Shown in pieces: positions 30,652-41,550 of a stretch of DNA of 64,000 nt (within the stretch, counting starts at the first letter, position 1; each line of letters begins with the position of its first letter). Made by a program: the position numbers and the translations under genes. The notes below the pieces were generated by a model. The model was not told the origin of the DNA. It was given only the letters and a program-made list of their open reading frames with translations, and ran no database searches. The DNA lies in assembly GCA_963695555.1 (NCBI GenBank), contig CAVOGR010000001.1, forward strand, positions 256,001-320,000, in the 5' to 3' direction. This DNA is from an uncultured Gemmatimonadales bacterium. Lineage in GTDB: Bacteria; Gemmatimonadota; Gemmatimonadetes; Gemmatimonadales; GWC2-71-9.

Positions 30652-31533
30652 ATGGATCATTTGGATCAACTGGAAAACACGAGTGTTCAGATTCTTCGCG
30701 AGGCGTACGCGAATTTCAAACACCTGGGCATGCTGTGGTCGATCGGCAAGGACAGCACGGTGCTCTGTGGCTAAGCCGGAAGGCCTTCTTCGGCCACGTG
30801 CCGTTTCCGCTCATTCACATCGATACGTCATTCAAGATCCCGGAAATGATCGAGTACCGGGACCGGCTCGTCGCGGAGTGGCACCTCAACTTGATCTATG
30901 GGCAGAACCAGGTCGCGCTCGCCGAGAAGCGTACCTTTCCCGATGGCGCCGTCGACCGGCTCACCTGCTGCGGTCTGCTCAAGACCGAAGCGCTCAAGAA
31001 CACCTTGAGCGGGGCAGTGGCCCCGGTATCGCTTCAATCACGTGAAGAAGACCTACGAACTGGACAGCAATACCGAGCCGTTCACGGGGGTTATCGTTGG
31101 AGCCCGGGCGGACGAAGAGGGCAGCCGGTCGAAGGAACGATATTTCTCTGCGCGGACGGACCAGAACGAGTGGGACGTTGCCGACCAGCCGCCGGAATTC
31201 TGGAATCAGTACAAGACCGAGTTTGCCCCGGGGACCCACGTGCGGATCCACCCCTTGTTGGATTGGACGGAGCTCAATATCTGGGAGTACATCGAGCGGG
31301 AGCAAATCCCAACGGTGTCGTTGTACTACGATCAGGGCGAAGGCAAGCGCTACCGCTCGCTCGGATGCTGGCCGTGCACCAATCCGGTCGATTCCTCAGC
31401 GTCGGATGTTGAACAGATCATCGAGGAGCTCCGCACGGGCAAGTTCGCCAACATCGCCGAGCGATCCGGCCGGGCGCAGGACAAGGACGACGGCGGCGGG
31501 CTGGAAACGCTCCGGCGTGACGGATATATGTAG
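30652..31533 (+). pseudogene. cysD: Sulfate adenylyltransferase subunit 2 with two compensating frameshifts (probably sequencing errors)
   Basis: Begins [25 protein letters not shown] shift at ~30765 continues to IHIDT and [11 protein letters not shown] shift at the GGGG run 31011-31014 continues to [21 protein letters not shown] and YRSLGC. Confidence 0.88.
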
Positions 31534-31740
31534 TCCCAGCCGATCACTTCACCGCGAGCAATGCGACACGAGCGCGTGGAGGATCGGATCCAGGCCCATG
31601 GAGTCCGATGGCGCTCTCGCATGCCGGGAACCATGACCCATCGTGACCCCGTGCCGGCCTCTCTTGGCCCAGGTCACATCGTGTGCTGACGGCCGCTCCC
31701 GCGGGCCGGATCCAGAGCACATTCCTGCCCCAGCATCCGG

Positions 31741-33357
31741 TCATGGAGCAGGAGGGAAGGAGTCAGGGCGGGATTCGCCTCCGGGCAGCAATTGGTAAAT
31801 GTCGATGTCCCCAAACCTTTCCACCTGCCGGTATTTCTGCTGTAACAGGGCGGCAAAAGCGGGAAAGTCCGTGACCGAGTACTCGGCACCCAGGATCATC
31901 TCGCTGAGCTGCCCCACCACGATGATTGCCGGGGGCGAAGCTTTCAGATCGTCCATGAATTCCGTCCGATAGGCCTCACGAATCTTCGTTCCCTCGCCCA
32001 TGAACAGCGGCATGCTGTATCCGAATCGAGTCGGGGACCGTCGACCGCTCTGATAGAGAATCGACGCGTTCCAACCGAGCATTGCCACCGACGCGCTGTC
32101 CGCAGTATGACCCCGCAAGTACTGGGCTGCCCGCAGGTCGTCACCAGGGATTCCGAAGTGCGCGTAATAGGCCTCCTTCGTGGTCGAGCCTGTCGCATAC
32201 CGGAAGAACTCGAAGACCTCCAGCATTGGATGCGTGGTAACGTGAAAGCACATGACGGCGGCAACAATGACCGTAAAGGACAATCTGGAGGAGCCGGCAA
32301 ATTCCACTTTGGCTACCTGCCATACACCGGATGCAACCAACACGGCAATCGGAGGGGACACGATCAGCCAGTGATAGGTGTAGAACCGCCCTTGCACAAT
32401 GACGGCGGCGACGCCGATTGCGAGCCAGATCAGGGTCAGGGTCGCCACGCGGATCGTCGTCGTCCTGAGAGTCCACCACCCGAAGACAGCCAACGGAAGC
32501 GCAACGGCAATCAGCGTTGCCGCTTGCCCAAAGAGGACTAGACCCTTCAGGCGGCCGGAGAGATTCAGCACACCGTGCAATGAGTAAGCCGACGCGGGAT
32601 AGGTGTACAGGGCCTCGATTGCTTGTGGTAGCGCGCCATGGGCCGTGAACCATATCAGGGCGACGAGTGGCAGTAGGGCGGTACCGACCACGGCGGTGGC
32701 CGCGTTCCGAAGCGCGTCGTACCGCCGGCCTTCTCGGAAGTCGAGGAATGCCAGGGAGAGCGGGAGGAAGAGAAACACAGCGTATGGTAGCTTGACGAGA
32801 GCGCTGGCCCCGATGGCCAGTCCAGCCGCGCCCCACTGATGCCAGGGGCGCGAGTCGCCCTTGAGAGCCAACGGGAACAAGCCAATCGCGAGGAACATGC
32901 CCACCCAGCCGTCCGGCTGAGCTGTTTGCCAGTAGGCACCCTCTGCGTACCAAAACGCGTACAGAACGACCGTCCATCGTGCGACGGCTTTCGTGGTGAG
33001 CACGCGCACGAGGCGGAAGAGGGCCGTACAGCACAGGGCGAGCAACAGGATATCCAGAATCCGGATGCCCCACATGTTCCTGCCAAAGATGGTCTGCGCA
33101 AGAGCGAACATGTAATGGGTGAGGGGGCCCTTGATGTCCCACGCGTCCCGGTATGGGAGCCCTCCCTGGGTGATCACGTCTCCTACCCATGCGAAAAGGC
33201 CTTGGTCCCAGCCGAACGGCCAGCTCAGCATCGAGATGAGAACGAGCACCAGCAGGAAAGCGAGGAAGCGAAAGGCCCAGCGTGCGAAACGCGGTGCTGG
33301 GGGGTCGGCGGTGGCCTGGGTACGTGGATCGGATTTGTGCGAGGGAGTCATCGGCAT
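31741..33357 (-). CDS. GT-C fold (ArnT/GT39-like) membrane glycosyltransferase
   Basis: GWDQGLF..GGLPYRDAWDIKGPL, multi-TM, GRFYTYHW and a soluble C-terminal domain. Start uncertain (33351-33408). Confidence 0.78.
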   Translation of the reverse strand: MPMTPSHKSDPRTQATADPPAPRFARWAFRFLAFLLVLVLISMLSWPFGWDQGLFAWVGDVITQGGLPYRDAWDIKGPLTHYMFALAQTIFGRNMWGIRILDILLLALCCTALFRLVRVLTTKAVARWTVVLYAFWYAEGAYWQTAQPDGWVGMFLAIGLFPLALKGDSRPWHQWGAAGLAIGASALVKLPYAVFLFLPLSLAFLDFREGRRYDALRNAATAVVGTALLPLVALIWFTAHGALPQAIEALYTYPASAYSLHGVLNLSGRLKGLVLFGQAATLIAVALPLAVFGWWTLRTTTIRVATLTLIWLAIGVAAVIVQGRFYTYHWLIVSPPIAVLVASGVWQVAKVEFAGSSRLSFTVIVAAVMCFHVTTHPMLEVFEFFRYATGSTTKEAYYAHFGIPGDDLRAAQYLRGHTADSASVAMLGWNASILYQSGRRSPTRFGYSMPLFMGEGTKIREAYRTEFMDDLKASPPAIIVVGQLSEMILGAEYSVTDFPAFAALLQQKYRQVERFGDIDIYQLLPGGESRPDSFPPAP

Positions 33358-33468
33358 AGATCCAGGAAGGACAGTGGAATGTACATGTGATGCCGGATCC
33401 ACGTGCACTATCGTAGGAAGTTATCTATGAATGCTGTCGCCAGCTCTTCGATTGACCAGGTCCGGCCG

Positions 33469-35694
33469 CTACGGTTGAATTGCACCGTCTGGCGGCACCG
33501 TGCCCGGAAGAAAGGGACCGGCCAGGATGCTGACCCGCGTATCGCCATCACGTACGGGACCGATGACCCAGACAGGCCGATCGCTGAAATGGGCGACCAC
33601 CGCCTGACGGTGAGCGTGTCCCGCGTCGAAGGCGTAGATCGTCGCCGAATCTCCCAATGTGCGCGGGTTCAAGTTGAAGGCGCTCTGATAGATCGCCCGG
33701 TCTTGGGCATGCACAAAGACCAGGGCGTGCTCGAATTGATTCCGCTGCGCGAGAAGTCGGATGGCTCCGCCCACGTCACGGTAGCGATAGTATTTCGTAG
33801 CGCTGCGCCAGGGGAGGACAGTGAGTACGGCGCAGAGGCTCGCTGCGACCACGAACACGCCGGTGCGATACATAGGAAGCGGATGATCGCGCCCCGCCCG
33901 TAGGCCAACCGCTTCGGCCCCACGAACAGTCAGCACCACAAGCGGAATGAGTGCCTGGTACCAGTAGCGCGGGCCGAGGTCGGGGCCACCGCTGAACCAA
34001 TAAGCGCTGTGGCCCACGACGACCACAGTCACCAGAAGGATCATCAGCCAATCGGCGCGGCGTCGCTTTAGCAGCGGAAGGGCCACCACCGCCAATAGGA
34101 GCGACCCGCAGGCCCACCCGAAGAGGTCGAAATTGGCCATGAAGAGATTCTTGTTCGCGTTCAACACGACGTCCACGAAGCCGTGGCCGGGAAGCGGGTC
34201 GATGTTGGTCCAGGCAGGAATTCCAATGTGCGGACCGAATCCCAGGCGGTCGACTCCCGGCCCCCAGGTGCGGTCGGTCCACATCATGTGCGGAGCATAC
34301 GAAGGGCTTCCGGTAAGCGCGGCGTTATAGGCGAAGACAATGGCTGCCACGCCAGCCGCCGACACGGCGTACACCAGCATGGAGCGCACACGCGCGCGAG
34401 ATCCGCTCAAACCGACTATCCAGAGCAATGCGACGCTCCCCACCAACATCGCTTCGATCGGGCGCGTCAGAAACAGTGCACCGCTAGCCACGCCCGCCAC
34501 CAGCGCCCATCCGGCCGTGGGACGCCGTCGTTCGAGTTCGACCGCGAGGAGCGTCAAGAGGCCGAAGGCCAAGGCCACGGCATGCCCCATGAACGACGAG
34601 GAAGTGAAAATGAACCACGGAGAGACTCCCAAGAGGCATACCGAGAGGTTGGCAATGCTCCGATCGTACAAGAGGTGGACCACACGATGGGCCACAAGGA
34701 CGGTAAGACCGGCAATTAGTGGATTCACCAGCCACGGGAGGCCCACCAGCGCACCCAGAGCCAGCACGGCCGGCCATCCGGGAAAAGCGTATCCAAACCA
34801 TCTCGGCCCGTCGACAATCGTTTCGGCAACATGGAAAGAAGCCGAGTCAGGCGGAGCCGGGAGAAAGAGCTGCCCGGTGGACAGATACTTGGCCTGGAAC
34901 AGGTACGAGATGCTGTCGTCGATGTGAGGAACGCCCTCCATCACGAACCAGCTCACCAAGGCGGTCACCACCACCACCCATGCCGCGACGCCCCAGGGCA
35001 GGGAGCGATCCCAGGGCCGCAGTTCCTCACGAGTCGCATCCAGTGTCACATGGTGGTCCAGCCACGCGACCGTGCGCCTGAGAGGTTCCGCTGGAGCCAC
35101 GCCGGCGACGAGGAGAAGGTTGAGTAGTCCAATGAGAATGACCCATGCCGCTAAGGCAAATTCTCCGACGGCTCGAGCCGCGCTCTCGGTCGGCACAACG
35201 ATGGCAAACGCGAGGAGCCCGAGGACCCCCAGCGTGAGGAGCAGTCCACGGGGCCCGCTCCCCAGCAACGACCGAGCCACGCTCCGGGCATGAGTGCTGA
35301 CGGTAGGCCATGTCCTGACAGCCAAGACGATGCACACGATCGCTTGGATGGTGAGGATGCCCAGCACGAGCGTCGGGGCCTCGAGCAGGCGGCTCCAGGG
35401 GACGTAGTGTTGGTAGATGGCGTACCGGGGTGCGTCGATCAGCTGGAGCGCGCTGGCCTGGCCGGCGGCCGCGAGTCCTATGAGCGCCGTCATCGATCGC
35501 CACGGGCTCTCCCACATCAGGGCCAGCGCCAACAGCGCCGCACCGCTGACGAGCATCGGCAGGACGGTGGGATCGTAGTCGACGGCAGATGGCAGCGCGC
35601 GCCATCGGGTAACCGCCACCCACAGGCCGATGAGCCCTAGGACGGATAGCCCTCCTCGGTAGAGCCCTGAGAGCGCAGGTCGCCGTGGCGCCAT
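33469..35694 (-). CDS. Large GT-C-like membrane glycosyltransferase (paralog of 50235-52409)
   Basis: PHIDDSISYLFQA, FPGWPAVLA, LTRP, DPLPGHG and GPDLGPRYWY motifs. Confidence 0.75.
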   Translation of the reverse strand: MAPRRPALSGLYRGGLSVLGLIGLWVAVTRWRALPSAVDYDPTVLPMLVSGAALLALALMWESPWRSMTALIGLAAAGQASALQLIDAPRYAIYQHYVPWSRLLEAPTLVLGILTIQAIVCIVLAVRTWPTVSTHARSVARSLLGSGPRGLLLTLGVLGLLAFAIVVPTESAARAVGEFALAAWVILIGLLNLLLVAGVAPAEPLRRTVAWLDHHVTLDATREELRPWDRSLPWGVAAWVVVVTALVSWFVMEGVPHIDDSISYLFQAKYLSTGQLFLPAPPDSASFHVAETIVDGPRWFGYAFPGWPAVLALGALVGLPWLVNPLIAGLTVLVAHRVVHLLYDRSIANLSVCLLGVSPWFIFTSSSFMGHAVALAFGLLTLLAVELERRRPTAGWALVAGVASGALFLTRPIEAMLVGSVALLWIVGLSGSRARVRSMLVYAVSAAGVAAIVFAYNAALTGSPSYAPHMMWTDRTWGPGVDRLGFGPHIGIPAWTNIDPLPGHGFVDVVLNANKNLFMANFDLFGWACGSLLLAVVALPLLKRRRADWLMILLVTVVVVGHSAYWFSGGPDLGPRYWYQALIPLVVLTVRGAEAVGLRAGRDHPLPMYRTGVFVVAASLCAVLTVLPWRSATKYYRYRDVGGAIRLLAQRNQFEHALVFVHAQDRAIYQSAFNLNPRTLGDSATIYAFDAGHAHRQAVVAHFSDRPVWVIGPVRDGDTRVSILAGPFLPGTVPPDGAIQP

Positions 35695-35698
35695 CGCT

Positions 35699-37591
35699 CT
35701 ACCTCGAGCCTCCGACTGATACGGGGAACCAGCGCGATCGTTCCGGCCAGAGAAGATCGAGGCTCGTCCGGTAGGTCACCATGAGGGACTCCATGTCGTC
35801 TACGTTAGCGGCCTCGCGTGGGTCAGCCTCGATTTGATACAGCTCTTCCACGCCGTCCCCATTTCTGATGTAGTGGTACGGGGCCTCGACGAGCGCGCTC
35901 ATGATGCCCCTGGTCGAGGGGAACCATTCCGGCTGATTGGGAGCTGGGCGGAGCCCCGCAAGAAGGGGAGATAGGGTGATCACTGAATCCAGGCTGGAGT
36001 CGACTGTTCGCACCAACGAAGAGCCAGGGATAGAAGCGTCCGCGAGGCCGAGTAAGTCCAGCGCCGTTGCCGGGAGATCTCTCAAGCTGACGTATTGATC
36101 GACCACCGCGGCGGAAGGCAGGCGCGGCGGGTAAGTCATGAGCAACGGCACATGTAAAGTCGGAGCATATAGGCTGTTGCCGTGACCGAACAGATCATGC
36201 TCGCCAAACAATTCACCGTGGTCTGATGTCACCATGACGACGGTATTCTGCAGGAGGCCACGGCGCTCGAGTTCCTCGAACAGCCTGCCGAGTTCCGCAT
36301 CCATGTACGCAATCGCCGCCTCGTAGGCACGCTCCTCGGCGTGGCGTTCGATCTCGGACATCGCTCGTTTGCGCGATCGTTCCGCCATGCGCGGGCTGAG
36401 CTGCAGGATGAGGTTCTCGTCCCGTTCAGCGGAACCGCCGAAGACCGTGTCGAACGGCGGGGGAGGGAGAAACGGCTCGTGTGCGTCGTAGTAGTTGAGA
36501 AAGGCAAAAAATGGCCGGGGCGCCCCGTCTCCCACCCAACGCAGGAAGGCGTTGGTGATGTCTGTGGCGGTCTTTCGCCCGAGGATGTCGTGATATCCGA
36601 TGGCTGCGCGGAACGTCGGATTGTTGACGATAATCCGGCCGAGGGAGGAACTCATGACAATTTCGGACAGGGAAAGCGGTATGTCCTCATAGTGGACGAA
36701 TCCCTGCGCGATCCCGGTTTCTATGGTGCAGTACTGCAGATTGGCAACGAATCCGGCGGTGGCGTATCCATGGGCGGCCAGGACTTCGGCGAGGGTCGTG
36801 TGCTCGGCATCCAACGGCGCGGTCCATCCCGCGTTGAGTTCACTTGGGTAGAGGCCGGTGAACATGGTCAGGTGCGAGGGGAGGGTCCACGGTGACGTCG
36901 CGAATGCGTGTCGAAAGAGGACTCCCCGCTGCGCCCAGCGCTCGAGATGAGGTGTGTTGGCCACGGGGTGACCATAGAGCCCGAGGCTCATGGCCCGGAC
37001 AGTGTCGAGCACGATGAGGAGGAGGTTCGGCGCGTCAGCGGTGGCCTGGCCGAGCGCGGAGACCGCACGGCGTTCCCGCACGGCACCCCACCCCATCGCC
37101 CCTATGGCGAGACAAAGCGTACCGACGACGCCCACCCGGACAAGGCGTCGGGCGACGCGCTGGAACCCGGCGATGCGACCCGTCAGTACCCGTGTTGCCT
37201 GGACCGCAATCCCCAGCGCGAGAATCACGATGGCGACGCGATGGAGCGCTGGGAAGAAGAGGAAGAAGAAACTGAAGGCGCTCACGAGCCCGAGCACGAA
37301 TATCGAGACGCGCGGCGTGACCAGTCGTGGACGTACCCGAGCAGCAATGCTGAGCGCGATGCCGAATGGGAGGAGGAACAACACGTAGGAAAGCGGGGTC
37401 ATCCACGTGACATGGATGTTGACGGCAATGAACTCGTGCTGCAGGAACTTTCTTTGCCCGATGACGATGATCTCGGCGATGCCTGTGAGGAACGCAAAGC
37501 ATACGGCCACGAGGATGGGGAATGTCGCCCCCGCGTGGGGTGGGGTGGAACTCTCGACCTCGAGACCCATACGCTGCATAACGGCCTGCAC
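35699..37591 (-). CDS. Membrane-anchored sulfatase-fold enzyme, Thr-type
   Basis: N-terminal TM helices, then LLIVLDTVRA, SPWTLPSHLTMFTG, FLNYYDAHEPF and TSDHGE. Confidence 0.85.
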   Translation of the reverse strand: MQAVMQRMGLEVESSTPPHAGATFPILVAVCFAFLTGIAEIIVIGQRKFLQHEFIAVNIHVTWMTPLSYVLFLLPFGIALSIAARVRPRLVTPRVSIFVLGLVSAFSFFFLFFPALHRVAIVILALGIAVQATRVLTGRIAGFQRVARRLVRVGVVGTLCLAIGAMGWGAVRERRAVSALGQATADAPNLLLIVLDTVRAMSLGLYGHPVANTPHLERWAQRGVLFRHAFATSPWTLPSHLTMFTGLYPSELNAGWTAPLDAEHTTLAEVLAAHGYATAGFVANLQYCTIETGIAQGFVHYEDIPLSLSEIVMSSSLGRIIVNNPTFRAAIGYHDILGRKTATDITNAFLRWVGDGAPRPFFAFLNYYDAHEPFLPPPPFDTVFGGSAERDENLILQLSPRMAERSRKRAMSEIERHAEERAYEAAIAYMDAELGRLFEELERRGLLQNTVVMVTSDHGELFGEHDLFGHGNSLYAPTLHVPLLMTYPPRLPSAAVVDQYVSLRDLPATALDLLGLADASIPGSSLVRTVDSSLDSVITLSPLLAGLRPAPNQPEWFPSTRGIMSALVEAPYHYIRNGDGVEELYQIEADPREAANVDDMESLMVTYRTSLDLLWPERSRWFPVSVGGSR

Positions 37592-37593
37592 TC

Positions 37594-38511
37594 CTAGGGT
37601 TTGGCGGTCAGATACCCGGCGGATTCACCCAGGCTCCAGGCGAAGAGCAGCGCCGTGACAATGGGCCACGCTACCGCAAGCCTGCCCAGGGCACGGAGCC
37701 TGACGAGTTGGCCGCGGACAATCCGGAAAAACAAGAGCCCTGGCAGGAACGGTGCCACTATTCCAAATATCAGGCGCCGGGTGAGTGTCATCTCGCGTGC
37801 CCGCGTATAGGCAAAGAGACGCCCCCAGCCAAGCCGCTCGCGAAGAAGGGCCGCCAGCCGAAGCGTGCCGCGCACTTGATCAACCACCAGGTCCGGGTGG
37901 AGATAGAGGATTTCGCCCGCCCGTTGAAGCGCCCAATGCACCGTCGTCTCATGGTATCGAGTGGCCCAGAGTTCCCGCGTCGCGTCGAGCACTCGGCGCT
38001 TGTAGCAGATATTGACGTCGGAAACATACTCTCGCGGTCCCGCTTCAAACGGTAACTGGTACCGGCCGAAATCACAGAAATACACCGCCCAATTCAACAG
38101 CCGGTCGCGTCCATTCTCGATGGCGCCGCCGATCACCGCGTGGGGGAGCCTGGCATGCAGTTCCACAGCCACGCGGGCCCAATTGGGGCGGGGGACTCCA
38201 CGGTCTTCCAGGATGGCGATCAACTCTCCCGTCGCGGCCGCCAGGCCGGTCGCACGCCTCCGGTCAAACAGCTCGTGCTGCCCCGCCGCGCTCGAGTTGT
38301 CGCGCTCGGTCGAGACGGCACCCATCGGGAGGAACAGCACCGACGGGTAGCGCGGAGCCAGGCCCGACACGTCGGCCGTCGCATCGTCATAGGGCACGAT
38401 GACTTCGAGCGTTGGCGGATGGTCCTGCTGCTGGAGAGCGTCGAGGCATCGTTCGAGCGCCTGCCCCCCGTCCACCACGGTGACGACCACCGAGAGGAGA
38501 GGCGTGCTCAC
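37594..38511 (-). CDS. GT2 glycosyltransferase (paralog of 7183-8076)
   Basis: LSVVV, AILEDR, IGGAIEN and NICYKR motifs with C-terminal TM helices. Confidence 0.78.
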   Translation of the reverse strand: MSTPLLSVVVTVVDGGQALERCLDALQQQDHPPTLEVIVPYDDATADVSGLAPRYPSVLFLPMGAVSTERDNSSAAGQHELFDRRRATGLAAATGELIAILEDRGVPRPNWARVAVELHARLPHAVIGGAIENGRDRLLNWAVYFCDFGRYQLPFEAGPREYVSDVNICYKRRVLDATRELWATRYHETTVHWALQRAGEILYLHPDLVVDQVRGTLRLAALLRERLGWGRLFAYTRAREMTLTRRLIFGIVAPFLPGLLFFRIVRGQLVRLRALGRLAVAWPIVTALLFAWSLGESAGYLTAKP

Positions 38512-40121
38512 AGCATGACGTCCGCCACCCGAGCCGCATTAGCCATGAGGGTGAACGTCAGGTTCTTTGCGGGTAGAAACGGCAACACGGAGCCATCGAC
38601 GACATAGAGGTTCTCGAAGTCATAGCTCTGGCACGATGGTGAGCATGCCAATGGCGTTGGCCGCGCTGCCATGGGCATTGTGCCGGCGTAGTGAACACTC
38701 GACCCCCGGGGAAGCACCTGCGTCATGCCCGGCGGGACGAAACAGCCGAGTTGTCGAAGTGACTTCCGAAGGGTCCGTTTGACCCGCATGAGGCGCTGAG
38801 TCTCTCCTGGAGGCTCCGAAGCATAGCGAATGACGAGTTCGGTGCGATCGGTACCTTCAATCGGACGGATCGTCACGAAATTGTCTTGACGACGCTCATC
38901 GTGCAACCAGACGTTCGCCACGCCAAGCGCCGCGTGCGCTGTGCGGAACAGTCGACGCGACGCTCGGAGATCGAGCGGGATGTTCTGAATGATAGGATGC
39001 ACGGCACTGGCCTTCAGGGTGGTGATTTGGCCGTGCACGTACGCTCGCGCCTGTTCCGCCCGGATGCCAAGTGCGAGTTGATGGAACTGATAGGTGGCGG
39101 TGTTGACCGGATGGCCTAAGAGGCTGGTATTGACGAAGGGCATCATGATCTGACGGTTGTCCATGAGGCCATGTAGTCGTTCGACCCGCCCAGTCGCTCG
39201 GTAGATAGAATCGAGGATGAGCTTTGAGGTGCAGAGCGTGCCTGCCGCCAAGACAAACCGGTCCGCGGTGAACGTGTGACGCCGACCCTCGTCGAGTGCG
39301 GTTGCGACCAAGGCGGTCATGCGGCCCGACGAATCGTAGCTCAAGTGCTCGGCCAGCATCCCTGGGAGATACCGAAACCCGCTGCGACCCTGCAGTTCAT
39401 CCAAGGTCGTGGATGGCGCGTAGATCGCGTTCCGAGGACACCCCCAGAGACATCGGCCAAGGTAATCGCAGGCCTCCCGTCCTCCGTGGTCCCGGCTCAG
39501 GGTCGCGACCCGCGACCGCCCGAGATAGAAGTCGAGTCGCCGATTCAAGTGCTCCCGGCGCATGGCGTAGCGGTTCAGAAGCCGTTCTGCGTGGGGATCC
39601 AGCTCGAGAGGCTCCTGGTAGTGCGGATCCCAGGGCGAGAACTGGGCGATATCGTCCTGGGCGGCAGAAATTCCGATCCGGCGGGCCACGGTGTGGTAGT
39701 AGCGTTCCAGCGCCGCGTACTCGAAGGGAAAATCGCCGAGGTCGTCGTTGTTGAACGCATACACACCGCCGGTCCATGCCTCGGCCAGGCCACCTCGGGC
39801 GAAGGAAATGAGTGGCTCGAAACCCGTCCCCGTTGCCGCGAATGTCGTTGGAGCGGCGAAGACATACCGCTTACTCGGAGGAAACCCGTAATACTTCGCA
39901 TCGGCGGAGGGATAGACGACGGTCTCGGCGCTGGGGCCAAGGAAGTATGCCACGGGATCGTCCAGCTGTTCCTTGAGCTGGTCGAATGTGGCCGCCGCGA
40001 GGGGCTGAGCCGGTTGGGTGTATCCCACGTCCAGCATCATGACCTCATGGCCCTTGTCGAGTGCCGTGAGGGCAAAGTGAACGCCGCTTGCGCCCGAGCC
40101 GACAACCAGGACCTTAGCCAT
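38508..40121 (-). CDS. GMC-family FAD oxidoreductase
   Basis: Start MAKVLVVGSGASG; GGLAEAW, C..G.C..GCP, LAAGTL, HYAGTMPM and NLYVVDGSVLP..PAKN.TFT.MANA.R. Confidence 0.85.
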   Translation of the reverse strand: MAKVLVVGSGASGVHFALTALDKGHEVMMLDVGYTQPAQPLAAATFDQLKEQLDDPVAYFLGPSAETVVYPSADAKYYGFPPSKRYVFAAPTTFAATGTGFEPLISFARGGLAEAWTGGVYAFNNDDLGDFPFEYAALERYYHTVARRIGISAAQDDIAQFSPWDPHYQEPLELDPHAERLLNRYAMRREHLNRRLDFYLGRSRVATLSRDHGGREACDYLGRCLWGCPRNAIYAPSTTLDELQGRSGFRYLPGMLAEHLSYDSSGRMTALVATALDEGRRHTFTADRFVLAAGTLCTSKLILDSIYRATGRVERLHGLMDNRQIMMPFVNTSLLGHPVNTATYQFHQLALGIRAEQARAYVHGQITTLKASAVHPIIQNIPLDLRASRRLFRTAHAALGVANVWLHDERRQDNFVTIRPIEGTDRTELVIRYASEPPGETQRLMRVKRTLRKSLRQLGCFVPPGMTQVLPRGSSVHYAGTMPMAARPTPLACSPSCQSYDFENLYVVDGSVLPFLPAKNLTFTLMANAARVADVML

Positions 40122-40605
40122 TGGATGGTGCCGATTCGGTGCGGCGGTCGGAGCTGCTGAGGGCTCCGAGAAGATGCGCCGGGCCAAACACGAGCATTGC
40201 CACTGGCAGCCGTACTGCGAACCCAAGTCCCAGCACGACGAGGCCGAGAAATACATACAGGCGCTTCGTGTCCTTCGATCCGCCCATGTCCGAATGAAAG
40301 GAAGGACTGCTCTCGAGTATGGCGGCAAGCAGCACGAGCTTCTGCCTGAGAGGCCCGCTCTGCCGGAAGATGCGGGCATAGGTGTCCGCTATCCACGCCG
40401 GCAACACGCCTCGGCGCGCCACCTTCAACAAGAGTGCATCAATGGGAAGGTTTTCCGCTCCGTTCAGATAGGGAATGACACGATGACCTTGGTGATACTT
40501 GTCCACGACATAGTCGCTTGGCGCCCGGGACAGGAGATACCGGGTGAACGTGTTGGCCTCCCGACGGAGCGGCTCTGCCGAGGGTGTGCGGGTTGACAGG
40601 GTCAC
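40114..40605 (-). CDS. Hypothetical protein with a C-terminal TM segment
   Basis: 163-aa ORF overlapping both neighbours in the operon. Confidence 0.7.
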   Translation of the reverse strand: MTLSTRTPSAEPLRREANTFTRYLLSRAPSDYVVDKYHQGHRVIPYLNGAENLPIDALLLKVARRGVLPAWIADTYARIFRQSGPLRQKLVLLAAILESSPSFHSDMGGSKDTKRLYVFLGLVVLGLGFAVRLPVAMLVFGPAHLLGALSSSDRRTESAPSNG

Positions 40606-41535
40606 GTTGATCGCTTGACGACGTCGAGCATTCCATCGATTGCCGTCATGTGCGGTCGGACTCTGTCGACCAGCGGATGCCGGTCCGCAGTACTATCGTT
40701 GGCGAATGCGGCGAGCTGGCCGGCGCTGAACGGCAAGAGTGGCAGCAGAACCGGCTCGACCGCCCCAACCAGGGTGCGGAGCAAGCCGAGCGGAAGGTGT
40801 AGAAGACCGCCGGACCGGCCTCGCACACGCGCCCGGATCCGGTCGAGCAAGTCGCCAAAGCTCAACCTGCTTGGTCCTCCTGCCTCGATAATATCTCCGT
40901 CCCATGACGCCTGGCTCGACGTCTCCACCAGAATCTCGGCTACATCATCGACATCGATTGGTTGCACCAAGACCTTGCCAGGTCCAAACACGATGCCGAC
41001 TGGGCCTTTGACCAGCTTGATGAGCCCGCGAAGCACCGGGCTTTCTGCGCCGAATACCAGTGTCGGCCGGACGATGACCCAGGCGGGTCCGGCGGCCTTG
41101 ACGATGTGCTCGGCCTCCAATTTGGATTCCGCGTAAGCATAATGACGTCGATCTGGAAATTTGGCGGCGATGCTGCTGACGTACACGATGCGGGCTGTTC
41201 CAGCATGCGCGGCATGCTCCACCAGCGAGCGTGTCCCCTCGACATTGACCCTGGTGAACACCTCGGGGCGCTCCTTGCCCGTTGCCGCCGCGAGATGGAC
41301 GATGGTCTGCGGCGTCAGCCAAGGCCGCGTGGTAGGAGGCCGGGTCGGTGAGGTCGCCGCTGAGGTACCTCCAGCCGGGTTGCAGGGGAACGCCGGCAGC
41401 GATCCGCTCCGGGCGTCGGGAGAGACACGTGACCGCCCGGGCGGGGCCGCGCGCAAGCCGCCGGAGCAGGCTCTGGCCCAAAAACCCGCTCGCTCCCGTG
41501 ATGAAGAGCGAGGTGTTGGGTGCCGACTCCGTCAT
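40602..41535 (-). pseudogene. NAD-dependent epimerase/SDR, frameshift at ~41310
   Basis: ITGASGFLG lies in one frame; HLAAATG, YVSS, YAESK and VRPTLVFG lie in the next. Confidence 0.82.
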
Positions 41536-41550
41536 GTCATCGCAAGGCGA

